Both the position numbers and the translations under genes were made by a program. This document shows positions 12,651-24,741 of a stretch of 64,000 nucleotides of DNA, in pieces; position 1 is the first letter of the stretch; each line of letters starts with the position of its first letter. The notes beneath the pieces were generated by a model. The model made no database searches, was not told the origin of the DNA, and saw only the letters and a program-made list of their open reading frames with translations. This DNA comes from Chiloscyllium plagiosum. Lineage: Eukaryota. The stretch covers positions 92,206,044 through 92,270,043 of the forward strand of contig NC_057718.1 in NCBI RefSeq assembly GCF_004010195.1, written 5' to 3'.

Positions 12651-12684
12651 ACCTCAGATCCACTGTAACCTCAGATCCACTGTA
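12651..12684. repeat. Perfect 17-bp tandem duplication
   Basis: acctcagatccactgta x2. Confidence 0.95.
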
Positions 12685-12746
12685 ACTTAAACCTTCAAAC
12701 TCCCAGCAACTCATGCTGTTGGTTTTCTTGTCTGTTCTTCACTTTG

Positions 12747-12877
12747 AAGAAAATGAGGACTGCAGATGCTTGAGATCAGAGTTGAAGAATGTGGTGATGG
12801 GAAAGCACAGCCGGTCAGGCAGCATTCGAGGAGTAGGAGAATCGACGTTTCGAGCATAATTCCTTCATCAGGAATGA
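12747..12877 (-). mobile_element. Solo Penelope-like pLTR unit (family A) with 10-bp TSD
   Basis: cttcactttg at 12737-12746 and 12878-12887. Hammerhead core on the minus strand at about 12844-12871. Confidence 0.88.
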
Positions 12878-13384
12878 CTTCACTTTGTACAAGGAAACAT
12901 TTCATTTGCAAGATCTTTCATTTGCATGATCTTTTAAATTTATTGTGTGGTGTGGGAGTTAGCTACATATAAAAAATTTGCAAATTGGCAGTCTTAGGAA
13001 ACACTTAAAGAATCATTTAATTAAGAACAGAGCTTTAATTAAACAGAATGTTTCTTAACTAAAAGATACAATATGCCAATTTTTACTGGAACAACTATCA
13101 ATAAGTTTGCAACTGTAAAACACACAATACACTATAGCATGAGATTTGAATATACCTTGCTGTCACATTTATGACAATGTTAAGACTACAACTGGGGTAA
13201 TGCACATCATAGAGATTTATAACTAGATTAGTGAATATGGTGGCAACATTTTATGTACTATTTTCAGTAAAATTATGCCTTCTTGTCAGATTATGGTTTT
13301 AAAATAACTTGGTTCTTTCAGTTACCAAATTTTGCCACTGCTGGTATTAATGGTGGACATATGTGTTTTTGTGATATTCCCATT

Positions 13385-13570
13385 ACATGTAGACCAGGTA
13401 AGGATGGCAGATTTCCTTCCCTAAAAGGCATTAGTGAACCAGATTTTTTTCCCGACAACAGTTTCTGAATTCATTGTCAAATTCAAATTCCACTACCTCC
13501 TATGACAGGATTTGAACCCAGGTCCCCAACTGAGTTTAGTGATAATACCACTAGGCCATTCCCTCCCCAA
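13385..13570 (-). mobile_element. tRNA-derived SINE with Meta-like core
   Basis: Minus strand: head tggcctagtgg...gggttcaaatcc and core ctggttcactaatgccttttagggaaggaaatctgccatccttacctggtct. Confidence 0.75.
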
Positions 13571-14541
13571 TAAGTTGCTGTGTGCAAACTGAGTACAGTG
13601 TTTCTTACATTAAAAGATTTGGGATGTTCCAAGACTGTGAATGGTATATGAATAAATGTAAATAAATGATTTTCCATCTTTTGTGAAGTGAGCTTGTTCA
13701 GTGCTAAATATCACTGTTGTGATAACCCATATGGTTACTCGTTAGTCAACTTATTAAAAGCTGATAAGTAATGAGTGCGAATATCTCACCCAACACATTG
13801 CTGAACACTGGCATCCTGCATTTCCAGAAACTGCCAACTAATCAGAGACCGAAGGAGTTTCTGGACTCTAAAGTCCACTCGTTGAGGCTAACTCCATGGG
13901 GAATCCTACAGTAAGAAAGTACGTCATTTTTATCTTTTTGCCATGGGGTGAAGGGTCATGGAGAGAGGAGAGAGCTAGAATGAAGGACAAAGGGGTGCAT
14001 TTCTGAGACCTCACTCTTGTCCCATTCACATGCCCATGATTGCCCTCAGATGCTACAGTGGGATGATCACCCCAAATCCAGCTGATCATGGTTTCCCAAT
14101 AATAAACTGGCCATTTTTCTCACCTGTGGGGAAGGCTGATAATCAGGGAGTTGTTGAGTTGAAGCCCATCAACAGACCACTTAAATGTATTAACTGCTGG
14201 TGAGTTGAGAGAGCCATAGCATAGCATCGTTGTTAAGGTGGTGGGAAGTGAAGGAATTTCACTCCAGGATCAACTTACCCCATTATTTCCCTTTCTTCCA
14301 GGGAGGAGAAAAGTCATGACCTAAATCACTTCGAACTTGTAAGTGAAAGAGCAAAATAAGTCAATGTCATCATCTTATACAAGCAAGGAACACAGTAAAT
14401 CCAATTACTTGTGGAATGTATCTCATGAAAACTCAGTACACCTGATGTTCAAAGTAGGACACTTGATTTCCAGACACAAACTAACAACTAGAAATATCTA
14501 AAGGAAATACTTTCACAAATTTATCTTAAAAAGAGGGACTT

Positions 14542-14840
14542 TCTTTTAATCCATTCACAGGATGTGGGTGTTTCTAGCTGGTCCAGCATTTATTACCAAC
14601 CACATTGCTGTGAATTTGTCAGCCAGACCAGATAAGGAAGGCAATTTTCTTCCCTAAAGGGCATTAGTGAACCAGAAGTGTTTTTTCAGTTATCATTAGA
14701 TTCTTAATTTCAGATTTATTTAAAATTGAATCGAAACTCCACCACCACCACCCTGGGACTCAAACCCAGGGCTCCAGACATTACCTTGCTCTCTAGACAA
14801 ATAAGTTAGTGATAATACTACTGGGCCATTGCCTCCCCTT
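14542..14840 (-). mobile_element. tRNA-derived SINE with Meta-like core, near full length
   Basis: Same head and core as 13385-13570. The tail aataaatgctggaccagctagaaacacccacatcctgtgaatgga resembles the tail of LINE family B. Confidence 0.78.
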
Positions 14841-15483
14841 AAATAACACACTATGTACTAAGTACTGTGATGTTACCAAGAATAACAGAAATATAATATT
14901 TAACATGCTATCATTCTTTGAAACAAACACATAAATAAAATGATCATGTATTTTCTAACCTGCACCACATATATTGATAAACACGGGTGCATGGGAATAT
15001 ACAACTGTAAGGCATTAGCAAGATCCGAGCATATTTTATTCCTGAGTTTTGGTGCCCCAAAGCTGAATGCAGTACTCCAGATGGGGTCTGACCAAAACCC
15101 TCTACAAATGTTCATATATAAGGCTGAAGATGTAAATATCATTGCAGTAGTATGAGGATGTATCCACCCTGCCATTCTGTCACTATGACAGCACTTGCTG
15201 CACAAATGCCTAGCTGTCAGGATGCGGTTTATCATTCATTTTTCTCCCTCAGAGTGTGGACTAATAAACCCAGAAATTACAATCGCCTCCCTGCTGAATC
15301 CCTGATAGGCGGAAATAATGATATCAGCGCCCTGCTAATCTTCTTGCCTCCTCACTCGGCACCAGCCTATTGAGTCACCTGTCATACTCTGCTTTGATGA
15401 GGTGAATTCAATCTCTCAGCGCGTAATGACAATGGACCAGATTCATTTTTTGAATGATGTGTATTTTTTTTCTTGTTTTGCAG

Positions 15484-15518
15484 GTTCTATCTTGGTATCC
15501 AAGTCAGCCACAGGTTTG
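15484..15518 (+). other. Putative 35-nt micro-exon (30 nt if the donor after 15513 is used)
   Basis: Acceptor ttttttttcttgttttgcag|. Donors TTG|gtgagc or CAG|gtttgg. CNE-like sequence lies immediately upstream. Confidence 0.45.
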
Positions 15519-16249
15519 GTGAGCAGTGTCATTTGTACTTCTGTCTCCCTCTCAGAGAAAACAAAAGAAGATAAACATTCTTTTGCTCTTTTTATGTGAT
15601 ATTTATAATTTTGAAAATGATCCAGTGGTGTACTAGGTTAACAACATTTTTATTCTAATTTTCAATGTTAAGGTTTATTCTATTGTTGCCTGCTTGCAAG
15701 CAAATAAATCAGTGTATAGCAGGAGTGAAGCTGCTCATTAACAAGGTAACCCTTTCCAATATGACAATGCAATTACAGGGCATGAGATATCACAATGTGG
15801 ACCCCTGTAGTTGCTCCAAGGGTGTGGTCATACGTCAGTGAGTGAAAGCAATGATTTGAAACAATTTGGTGCTATTTCAGCTAGCACAGACCAGCAAACT
15901 GTCTGGCAGGGTGGATGCCTGTTATTTTAGTTGAACTCCAACTTCAGTAGTTAGGGCTGGACAAGTTGCAGTTTGCATATTTTGCACAGTAGTTGAAATA
16001 CAATTAGCTTGAGGGCACGTTATCATTTTTTGTATCATTTCACACTTATACTGATTGTGTTCATTCATATTTCCTAATGGAAGTGAAAGCATTATTATCA
16101 TTGTACCTGATAGATCAGGTTTACTCATGCTGAATGTTATAAGCATGTTTATCCACAGTTAGTCTGAAACAGCTTGCCTGAATCTGTAGGGATAATTTTT
16201 TTAAAAAAGTGACAACAGCAGATGTGTGAAATTTAAGCAGAAATTACGA

Positions 16250-16320
16250 GGACAAACCAGGCAATATCATTGGCAAGAGAAAGAGTTCATATTTCGAGTT
16301 GATGACCTTTCATCAGAACA
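16250..16320 (-). mobile_element. Penelope-like pLTR fragment (family B) with hammerhead core
   Basis: Minus strand gttctgatga-aaggtcatcaactc-gaaatatgaactc. Homologous to 27550-27630 and 41820-41895. Confidence 0.6.
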
Positions 16321-17218
16321 GGATATATGGAGTGAGCAGAGGTTGTTTAGGATCTGAAATATCATTGCAGAGCCCACTTTTAAACAGTTGTTTTTACATG
16401 AGATGTAGAAGGGCTCCTTCAACAAATGCTTTAGCTAGCTGCTGTGTAGGTAGAGAATTGTATACATACATTTCCTCTGAGTGGTGCAGAAAGGAGTACA
16501 AGTATCATAAAAGCTCTTTTTTCAAATTGATACAAATGAATCCTTGCAGGAATTTCCAATGTGCGCAGGTTTGAACAAGAAGTCAGATAATGGAGCAAAT
16601 TGAAGTTTGTGTACTTGGCTGTGGACATCCTTTCAACTAAAACATCTTGAAGCCATTACATGTCAAGAAAATTCACTTTCTTTTCAATTTGTGCATCTCT
16701 TAAACTAACTGCATATAACTCTAAGTAAGGAATTCCAATATTCTAAGGCACTTTATATTAATTTCACAATTCACATTTTATTCTTGAGTCCTCAATATTT
16801 TTGATGCTCAACCTGTTAAATATAATCAACTCACTAAATCTGTAATTCTTATCAAAGCTATTCCTCAAAGGTTGATCATGTGATGTTTCATCATTGTAGT
16901 TTTGGTTTGTAATACTTGATTTACTTTGCAATATTTAGTAATGGTTTCCCTGTTATTGATTGTCATGCTTTATGCTTTTGTGCCATCAGCTGTCATTTGA
17001 AGAGCAGTGAGAACTGCAAGACCGCACTTAAGCAGGCAAAGAAAGCAGCCAGGCTCAAACCAGCAGCATTTAGGAGATGCATCCTCCATTCCTGGATGCT
17101 TGTTGATAATCTAGGTTCGATCAAGTGATGAAATGCCATTAAGTACATTTAACTTGAAAGATATCCCACAGGATGTACAAGGCACAATTTCAAGAATTCA
17201 TAAAAGTTGGAAGTATTG

Positions 17219-17525
17219 GCGGGGCAGCACGGTGGCTCACTGGTTAGCACTGCTGCCTCACAGCGCCAGGGACCCTGGGTCGATTCTAGCCTTGGGCCAC
17301 TGTCTGTGTGGAGTTTGCACATTCTCCCCATGTCTGCGTGGGTTTCCTCTGGGTGCTCTCGTTTCCTCCCATGGTCCAAAGATGTGCAGATCAGGTGAAT
17401 TGGCTGGGCTAAATTGCCCATAGTGTTAGGTCCATTGGTCGGGTAAATGTAGGGTAATGGGTCTGGATGGGTTACTCTTCGGAGGGTCGGTGTGTGTGGT
17501 TGGGCCAAGTGGCCTGTTTCCACAT
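17219..17525 (+). mobile_element. HE1-type V-SINE; its tail (gggaatctaatcta) is displaced to 18067-18082 by a CR1 insertion
   Basis: A box tggctcactgg, B box ggtcgattct, V core gtctgtgtggagtttgcacattctcccc...ccaaagatgtgcag. Confidence 0.93.
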
Positions 17526-18066
17526 AGAGCCATAGTCATAGAGATGTACAGCATGGAAACAGACCCTTCAGTCCAACCTGTCCATGCCGACCAGATATCC
17601 CAACCCAATCTAGTCCCACCTGCCAGCACCCGGCCCATATCCCTCCAAACCCTTCCTATTCATATACCCATCCAAATGCCTCTTAAATGTTGCAATTGTA
17701 CCAGTCTCCACCACATCCTCTGGCAGCATATTCCATACACATACCACCCTCTGCATGAAAAGGTTGCCCCTTAGGAGTCTTTTATATCTTTCCCTTCTCA
17801 CCCTAAACCTATGCCTTCTAGTTCTGGACTCCCCGACCCAGGCAAAAGACTTTGTCTATTTATCCTATCCATGCCCCTCATAATTTTGTAAACCTCTATA
17901 AGGTCACCCCTCAGCCTCCGATGCTCCAGGGAAAACAGCCCCAGCCTGTTCAGCCTCTCGCTATAGCTCAAATCCTCCAAACCTGCCAACATCCTTGTAA
18001 ATCTTTTCTGAACCCTTTCAAGTTTCACAACATCTTTCCGATAAACAGGAGACCAGAATTGCACGC
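17526..18066 (-). mobile_element. CR1/HER1 LINE 3' end, 5'-truncated, inserted in a SINE
   Basis: Minus ORFs VQFWSPVYRKDVVKLERVQKRFTRML...LRGDLIEVYKIMRG and WNMLPEDVVE. Confidence 0.93.
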
Positions 18067-18094
18067 GGGAATCTAATCTAATGTTATACAATAA

Positions 18095-18390
18095 AAACAT
18101 TGCCATCTGTAAGAAGGGAAATGTTAAACTTCAATGGCAGGCAAAATGTAATGCGGAGAAATCTTAAATGATTCATTTTGCTAGGAAAAATGGGGAGAGG
18201 CAACATGAAACAAAGGTTACAGTTCGAAAGTGGGTGCAGGAGCAGATGCACCTGGGAATATATGTATACAAACCACTGAAGGTGATAGGCAGTTGAGAAC
18301 ATGCTTTAAAAAAGTACAGGATTCTGGGCTTTTGAAATAGGTACATACCATAGATGCAGTAAGCAGGAAGGTTATAATAAACATTAATAA
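18095..18390 (+). mobile_element. Old CR1 ORF2 fragment
   Basis: Degenerate WQ...NAEK...IHFARKN and DLGIYV-like motifs. Confidence 0.55.
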
Positions 18391-19644
18391 AATAAAATCC
18401 TAGCCAACCTCTTTCACAGTGTCACTGAAAGTACATAAGTTATGATGTATCAAGTTGTTAAAGAGTGAAGTGCCAGAGAGATAAATTGCCAGCTGAGTTT
18501 GGGTTTGATGCCAAGTTGGGTTGGTGCAAGCAAGTGGATAGGGTGTCTAGGGGTTGGAGTTAGGGTTTTCGAGGGAGGGGTGGCTTCAAGTTGGTATGGG
18601 TCCAGGGTAGGTTGGGGGAGTTTTGGTTCAGATTGAAGGAAGGATTCAGTTAAGAAATTTGTCAGAAGCTAGAACAAATTTTTAATAATCTAATTTTTCT
18701 GAAGTAATTATTTACTTAACTAAAGTGGAACTCTTCAAATTTTCTGGTTCAAGTGAGCACTTTCGGAGGATTCCAGGCATAGCGGAATTGTCTAATGGTA
18801 CCTTCAATTTTCCAGAGTCTTCAGTGTCTGCTATGATGGGAATGTTACAAGGTCCCTCAACACAAGTCACATCCACACCGCAGAAATGACTGTCAGGCCA
18901 TCAGAAAGTCTAGGCAATATTATCAGTCATTGTCACCTGCTATTGGGAGACTTTCCTACATGCACGTGATCTGATAATTTTTCTTTCAATAGCATGAGAC
19001 AATATGTCCAAAGGATGTAAAGTGCTTTGGGACACACAATGGTTGTGAATGGTGCTATATAAATGCAAGTCTTTCCTTTTATTTCCCCAGAGTCATTTGT
19101 TTGCATGTATTTGGTCAGACTGTAGTTCTACAAATTGAATAGAAAATTATCTGATCAGATTTCAATCTAATGGTAACACACCCACTCTTATCTAAGATAG
19201 AATTATATACACTATTATTTCAATTTCAAATCTTCCTGTTTTATTTGGGATTTGTGCACCTCTCCTAGTTGAGGGGCACGAAATGGGGACCATTTGCTGT
19301 CTTTCTTTTGGAATCTAAAATTTCATGGGATTTGTTTTGTTACCCTTGAACAGAAAAACTTGCTGGGGCAATTTCAGGTGAATAAACTTCGAGTATGCGA
19401 GGGAAACTCAGCAGGTCTGGCAGCAGTTGTGGAGAGAGAAATAGAGTTACATTCCGAGTCTGGTATGAGTCTTTTTCAGTACTGTCACATGAAGCCAGGA
19501 GTCACAGGTAGGCCCAGCAAATTTCCTTCGCAAAAGGATATTAGTGAACTTGGGAGGCTTTTGTGACAATCAATGATAGCTTCACACATACCCTTGCTGG
19601 GGCTGGCTGTCAATCCTCGACTTCTTTATTAATTAAATGCAATG

Positions 19645-19945
19645 AAATCATTGAATCCATACAGTTTGGAAGCGGGTCATTAGGCCCATGAAGTCCACAT
19701 CAAACATTCGAAAAGCATCCCACTCAAACCCACCCCCATCCTGTAACCCTGCATTCCTCATGGTACTCCACCGAACTGACACATATCCCTGGACACTATT
19801 AGCAATTCAGTATGGCTTATCCATCTAACCTGCACATCTTTGGACTGCGGGAGGAAACCCACGCAGACACGTGGAGAATGTGCAAACTCCACACAAATAG
19901 TTGCCTGAGGGTGGAATCTGGGTCCCTGGCGCTGTGAGGCCAGAA
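19645..19945 (-). mobile_element. HE1-type V-SINE
   Basis: Reverse-complement V core ctaacctgcacatctttggactgcgggaggaaacccacgcagacac...caaactccacac. Confidence 0.88.
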
Positions 19946-22494
19946 TACTTGAATAGCTGTTTCACAATTTGGATCTGAACAGGAAAACCAGTACCTGGTC
20001 CAACACTGTGTCTGACTACAGGACAGTTCCAGTGACAGCAGCAGTGATCAGTTCAAGAGCTTTGCTGAGTTTATAGTTTTATTTTCTCTCTCAGGATGCT
20101 CACAGCTGGGCCAGGGAGATCGACTCTCAGTTTTGTGAGACTCCCAGAGAATCCGGGAAGGCTGCCAGACTTAAATATTGAGTTTTGCTGTGGCACTGGC
20201 ACATTTTTAAAGCCTGACCCCGTTTGTCTAAATCATACATTTAACTGTTCTGCTTCAGTTTATTTAGATTGAATAGCACAACCAACTTTGGCTGGCAATA
20301 CACAGAACTACAGATATGCATTTCTTTGTCTAGTGTGTACAGAATGCTTAATCCAAGCATAATCCTGGTCCTAGAACCAAATTTCATGGTGCACTGGTTA
20401 CGGTTTAGCAGGATTCAGTTGTATTAGTAATTTGATTTAGTGTTAGGCCTTTTGCTTCCTCCTTGGACTGTATCCTTTAATACCCTGGTGTTCCCAGGAA
20501 GCGTGAGAAAGGTTAGCCTAATTGTCTGCTAATTGCCCCACAGGTTTGTCTTCACTAAATTATAAACCCAACCTTTCTTTCCCAACCTTCTCAAGGGATG
20601 CTGTGCACCATTCTCTACAGTGTGCAGAAATATTACCTCTCATGCTAATGAAGGGTCTCTCTTTTACAGTGAGGAAGCAATTAGAGGCAGCTCCGTACAA
20701 GGAAATAGTTGGTTGGAAAACAGCATGTTAATGGAATATCAAAGCTGCAAGAAAAACAACTTACTATTTAATAATCTTTTCAACCAATAGCTGAATTCTG
20801 TAGTAGGACAGGAAAAGCACTATTTTATTTCAACCATTTCAGTGTTGAATTACATTTTTTTTTTGCCACTCATCTCCTGTAAAAGAAACAGTTTTGCATT
20901 TACTTCTGAAATGTTTGAAAATTTCTATTTAACCATTCTTTCCTTACAAGAGAAAAATAGGTGAAGAATGTACTTTTAACATTCTGGTCAGAATTTGGTG
21001 GTATTTCCCATCAGTTTAATGTCTTTCTTGCTGCTTTTAATAGAACAGAATGCACAAAGGTTGCTTTCTAACAACATGAATATGGTTCATTTTGTTCCCC
21101 TGTCTTTGCTGCGGAAGTGGCCCAAAGAACAATGACATTCTTGTCTGACAGACAAGCGTTTTCCACAGAGTGACACCAAACATGAACGACCCGCTCTGGT
21201 CACAACAGGAAGAAAGGGACAGGGGAAATGGCAATGGGTATTAACAACACAGCATGTTATGGGGGTTACTGGGGTCGGGGAGGTACATAATCTATGAGCT
21301 GTGAGGTGTTAGCACTTATATCTTTGCTTACCTGATTTCAGGCGCAGTGTTAGGCAACATGGAGACTTATTTAGCGACCTTTATTTTAACATAGGGCTGC
21401 CACACATTTTGACTTTGCATTCTTCGTGGTATTTTGATATGAATATTGATGAGGCTGGGCTGGGTGGGCTGGTACGGTTAATCCTTGGATTTACCCAGCA
21501 TTACTTTTTTGTAGTGGGGTTGGCGTGGTTGAGGATGCTGGGAGATTTGGGAGGGTTGTTGCTCAAGGTGTCTGATTAATATGTGAATATGGGTTACATT
21601 TAGTAATAGGCATTCTGTAGCAAAAGCAGCTACTGATTTAACAGGTCTAAACTTGACCAAAATATTGCATACATCTTATTGCACCCAGTTTATGTTTGTG
21701 GCAATAAAAATAAATTAATAAGCTTTGGGGAAATTCAGGCAGTGCTTCATTTTTATTAGTCACTATAAGTGTAAGCAATAACAAAATGGAAACTATCTTT
21801 GTTGACCCACAGTGACAGTATTACTGCAGATATGAGCTTTATCAAGATGTTGCAGTTAATGTTGCGAAATGTACATTTAGATTCAAGCAGAAGTGAAGAC
21901 TACGGACGAAACCTTGGTTGTTGACCCTTAGATAGCTAACTTTTTTATATATATATATATTTTGCAGCCTCGGTGTATGATACACTGATTCATTGTCTGA
22001 TACAATGTATTGAAGAACTCCTACCTGTTATTAATTTTACATTAATTTTCCTAAGTGCTGACTTGCTCACTGATAAAGGGAGCATTGTCGACAGGAAACT
22101 CATTTCCAGTGACAACATATTATTTGAGAAAGCATTCAAGGCCACCTCTTGATTGATACTACGGATTGAATGCAGCCTGCTCTTCAGCTTCTGAAAAAAC
22201 TATTGTTTGACTGTACAAGAGAGTACAGAACAGAAATAAATTGACTTGGATGGTACGGAATGAAGCACCAAATGCGTTGAACTAAATGGTTTTCAAATGG
22301 TGATAAAAGGCATACTTTTGTTGCAGATGATTTTTTTAAAAGTTGCTGCAAGAGATATTTATTAATTGTAATGTAAGAATTCAAAAAGAAAACAGGTGTA
22401 TCTGTAGCTTGAGTACAATCGATCATATTATAAAGTTTGCTTCACTTTGACACAAAGTCTTAATTTGCAAAAGTCCTGTGTGTATTTATTTTAG

Positions 22495-22529
22495 GATTTT
22501 TAATATTTGGAAATCTTTTCTGGGAGAAG
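22495..22529 (+). other. Putative 35-nt micro-exon
   Basis: gtgtgtatttattttag|GATTTTTAATATTTGGAAATCTTTTCTGGGAGAAG|gtatgt: strong donor in unique sequence. Confidence 0.5.
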
Positions 22530-22711
22530 GTATGTTGTTTTTCAATAAATTGAAGTGGTGCAAATATAAATATTTTGCTATTTTTAAAATAATTTAAATA
22601 TACAATAAGTTCCCTCGTGCTCTGCAGTCACAGATGTAATGTATGTTTTTAAATGCAACTTTTCTGACTAATATTTTGTCCCTTATCGACTCATTTTATT
22701 TTTCTTGTCAG

Positions 22712-22739
22712 AAGCCAGGGTCAGAGTTTGCTGCAATTG
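22712..22739 (+). other. Possible further small exon (good acceptor, weak donor)
   Basis: Branch-like ctgac/gactcat and cattttatttttcttgtcag|aag (NAGNAG). The donor TTG|gtactg is weak. Confidence 0.25.
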
Positions 22740-22964
22740 GTACTGACATCATTTAATATTTGGGTCGAAGGGAATACTGAGCAAGAAGGCTGAAACCTTC
22801 CTTATTTTTCTTAGTGGAAATTGCATGTCGATGAGAACTGAAGTGAGAAGCTTTACAAGCTGCTGACACCTTGGAGATCCTTCTGCATGTAAAAATTGAC
22901 GCACAACTCCTGACCTTCCAAAGCATCTCTATATTTTCAATCCAAAGGTGATACATTAAAAACA

Positions 22965-23090
22965 TTGGGAGTTGTAGTAATGCAGTGATAATGCCCCTAC
23001 CTCCAGACCAGAGGGCTTAGGTTCAAGTCCCACCTGTTTTGGAAATATACAATAACATTCCTGAACAGCTGGATTAGGAAATATCATTAA
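22965..23090 (+). mobile_element. Short tRNA-derived SINE; related copy at 28430-28550
   Basis: B-box ggttcaagtccc. Both copies share aagtcccacct...tggaa/ga...ctgaa...ttag(g)aaa. Confidence 0.6.
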
Positions 23091-23756
23091 GTATGTTCCA
23101 TTTTGCTCACTTGTAAATTCAAATTAAAAAGTATTTTGCAATTGTACTTAAATGCTTCAAATAATTATTTTCTGCTGTTTTCTCCTTGCAAGAATGTGAA
23201 TTTCTCGACATTTTTGTTCAAATGAAATGCTGAAGGTTAATAGACAGAAATGTGGGCTCAGGCTAGCAAACAGCATATGTGTATTACTGTGCGATCACCC
23301 CATAAAATGCAGAGATGGCACCAAGCCTTCTCATGGGATTTATGCTTGCAGTGTCTCCATGTATTTCAGGAAATTATGTAAATAAGGAGAGAAAATGGAG
23401 AAAATTGATAGTGCAAACCCAGCCTTGCAATTCTGTGTCTGTGTAAATTGGGAGAAGAGAGGATTGGACTGAGTGTGATGTCCACCAAGCCAAATAGTTT
23501 GCCCTAAACCACTGGCTTTAGCTTCCATGTAAAAGATGACTTTACATGGCTTGACTGGGTTAGTAACTTGGCGACTATAACCTGTGGAGCCATAATCAGT
23601 ATCTTCAGGAAAAGAGGGACGAAAATTTGCTTCAACAAATTTGAGGGCTGAATGTGACCTGCTTTATGGTTCACAGAAAACACAGAAATAGGCCATTTGT
23701 CCCAACTGATCTCTGCTGTCAATTATGCCTCCTACCTTTCTATTTAATCTACCTCT

Positions 23757-24035
23757 GACAGGTGAGAGGAGAAATGTTTTCAAGAGATTTAGAAGGATTT
23801 AAAAAAGGCATGAGGGGCCTTTTTTTAACTCAGTGTGTGAAATCCACTTCTAAAGGAAGTGGTGGATGCAGGATACAGTTACAACATTTAAAAGACATTT
23901 AGAGAAGCACATGAATAAGGAATGTTTGGAGGGATATGGGCCAAGCACAGGCAGGTGGGACTAGTTTAGTTTGGGATAATGGTCAGCATAGACTGGTTGG
24001 ACCAAAGGGTTGTTTCCACACTGTATATGACTCAA
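23757..24035 (+). mobile_element. CR1 LINE 3' end
   Basis: acaacatttaaaagacattt...gagggatatgggccaa...actagtttagtttggg tail. Confidence 0.85.
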
Positions 24036-24741
24036 TGCCTCTATGGCAGGTCTCCTTCCACACTTGCATTAACTTATTTTCTCAATAATTGCCTTGATGT
24101 TATCAACCTCAACTACTCATTGCAGTAGCAAGTTCCACATTCTCCTTGGATTAAAAATAAACTTTCTTCTCAATTCCCTATTTATAGCCCCATAAACGTC
24201 ATGAAATTCTGATGAGTTGACTGATATGTTGTTGCACTTTGTTTTTTTTCCTGATGAATGTAACACTACTGAGCCTCTGTGCCTGTTTTCTAGGTCCAGA
24301 ATCAGACAAGAACAAAGAGGTTCCTCAAAAATACTGATGTTCAAGCAGGTATTAAATCTGTTCCACTTATTCAGCCAACTCAGTTGATTTTGGGTTACTT
24401 CTGTTCAAAATCATTGCAGGCAACATGTTGGGTTAAGAGAAATTCAGAAATAGTAATAACATTGACCACTGCTGACAGAGGATGATTCTCAGGCATTATG
24501 TGCAGTAAAGTAGACAGTTTGTACCAGTGATTCTACACCAAGATTGATGACTATAGGGCTGTCAGACCCAAAGTGCCATTGCAGTTCACAGAATGCTGCA
24601 CATACATCTCCACAACAATGGATCATTGTGCTGGCTGTGTTTTCAAATTAGTTCCATTTAACTCCCCTGTGTGCAAATGACAGGTTGGAAGAACAAAACT
24701 CAAAAAGGGTCAGTACATTAGGATACTGACTGGCAAAGTGA

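Noticed and set aside
17219..17295. tRNA-like A and B boxes
   Set aside because: They are SINE heads continuing into V-domain cores; I see no complete cloverleaf.
17133..17523. Recurrent peptide VAQWLALLPHSARDPGSIP...CGVCTFSPCLRGFP in many ORFs
   Set aside because: This is the translation of the non-coding HE1 SINE, not a gene family.
21332..21378. Minus-strand 47-nt exon candidate
   Set aside because: The donor is good, but the acceptor (gttaaaataaag) lacks a pyrimidine tract and I found no partner exons.
5537..22739. Naming the host gene
   Set aside because: I could not match the exon sequences or peptides to any gene I recognise, so no symbol is assigned.
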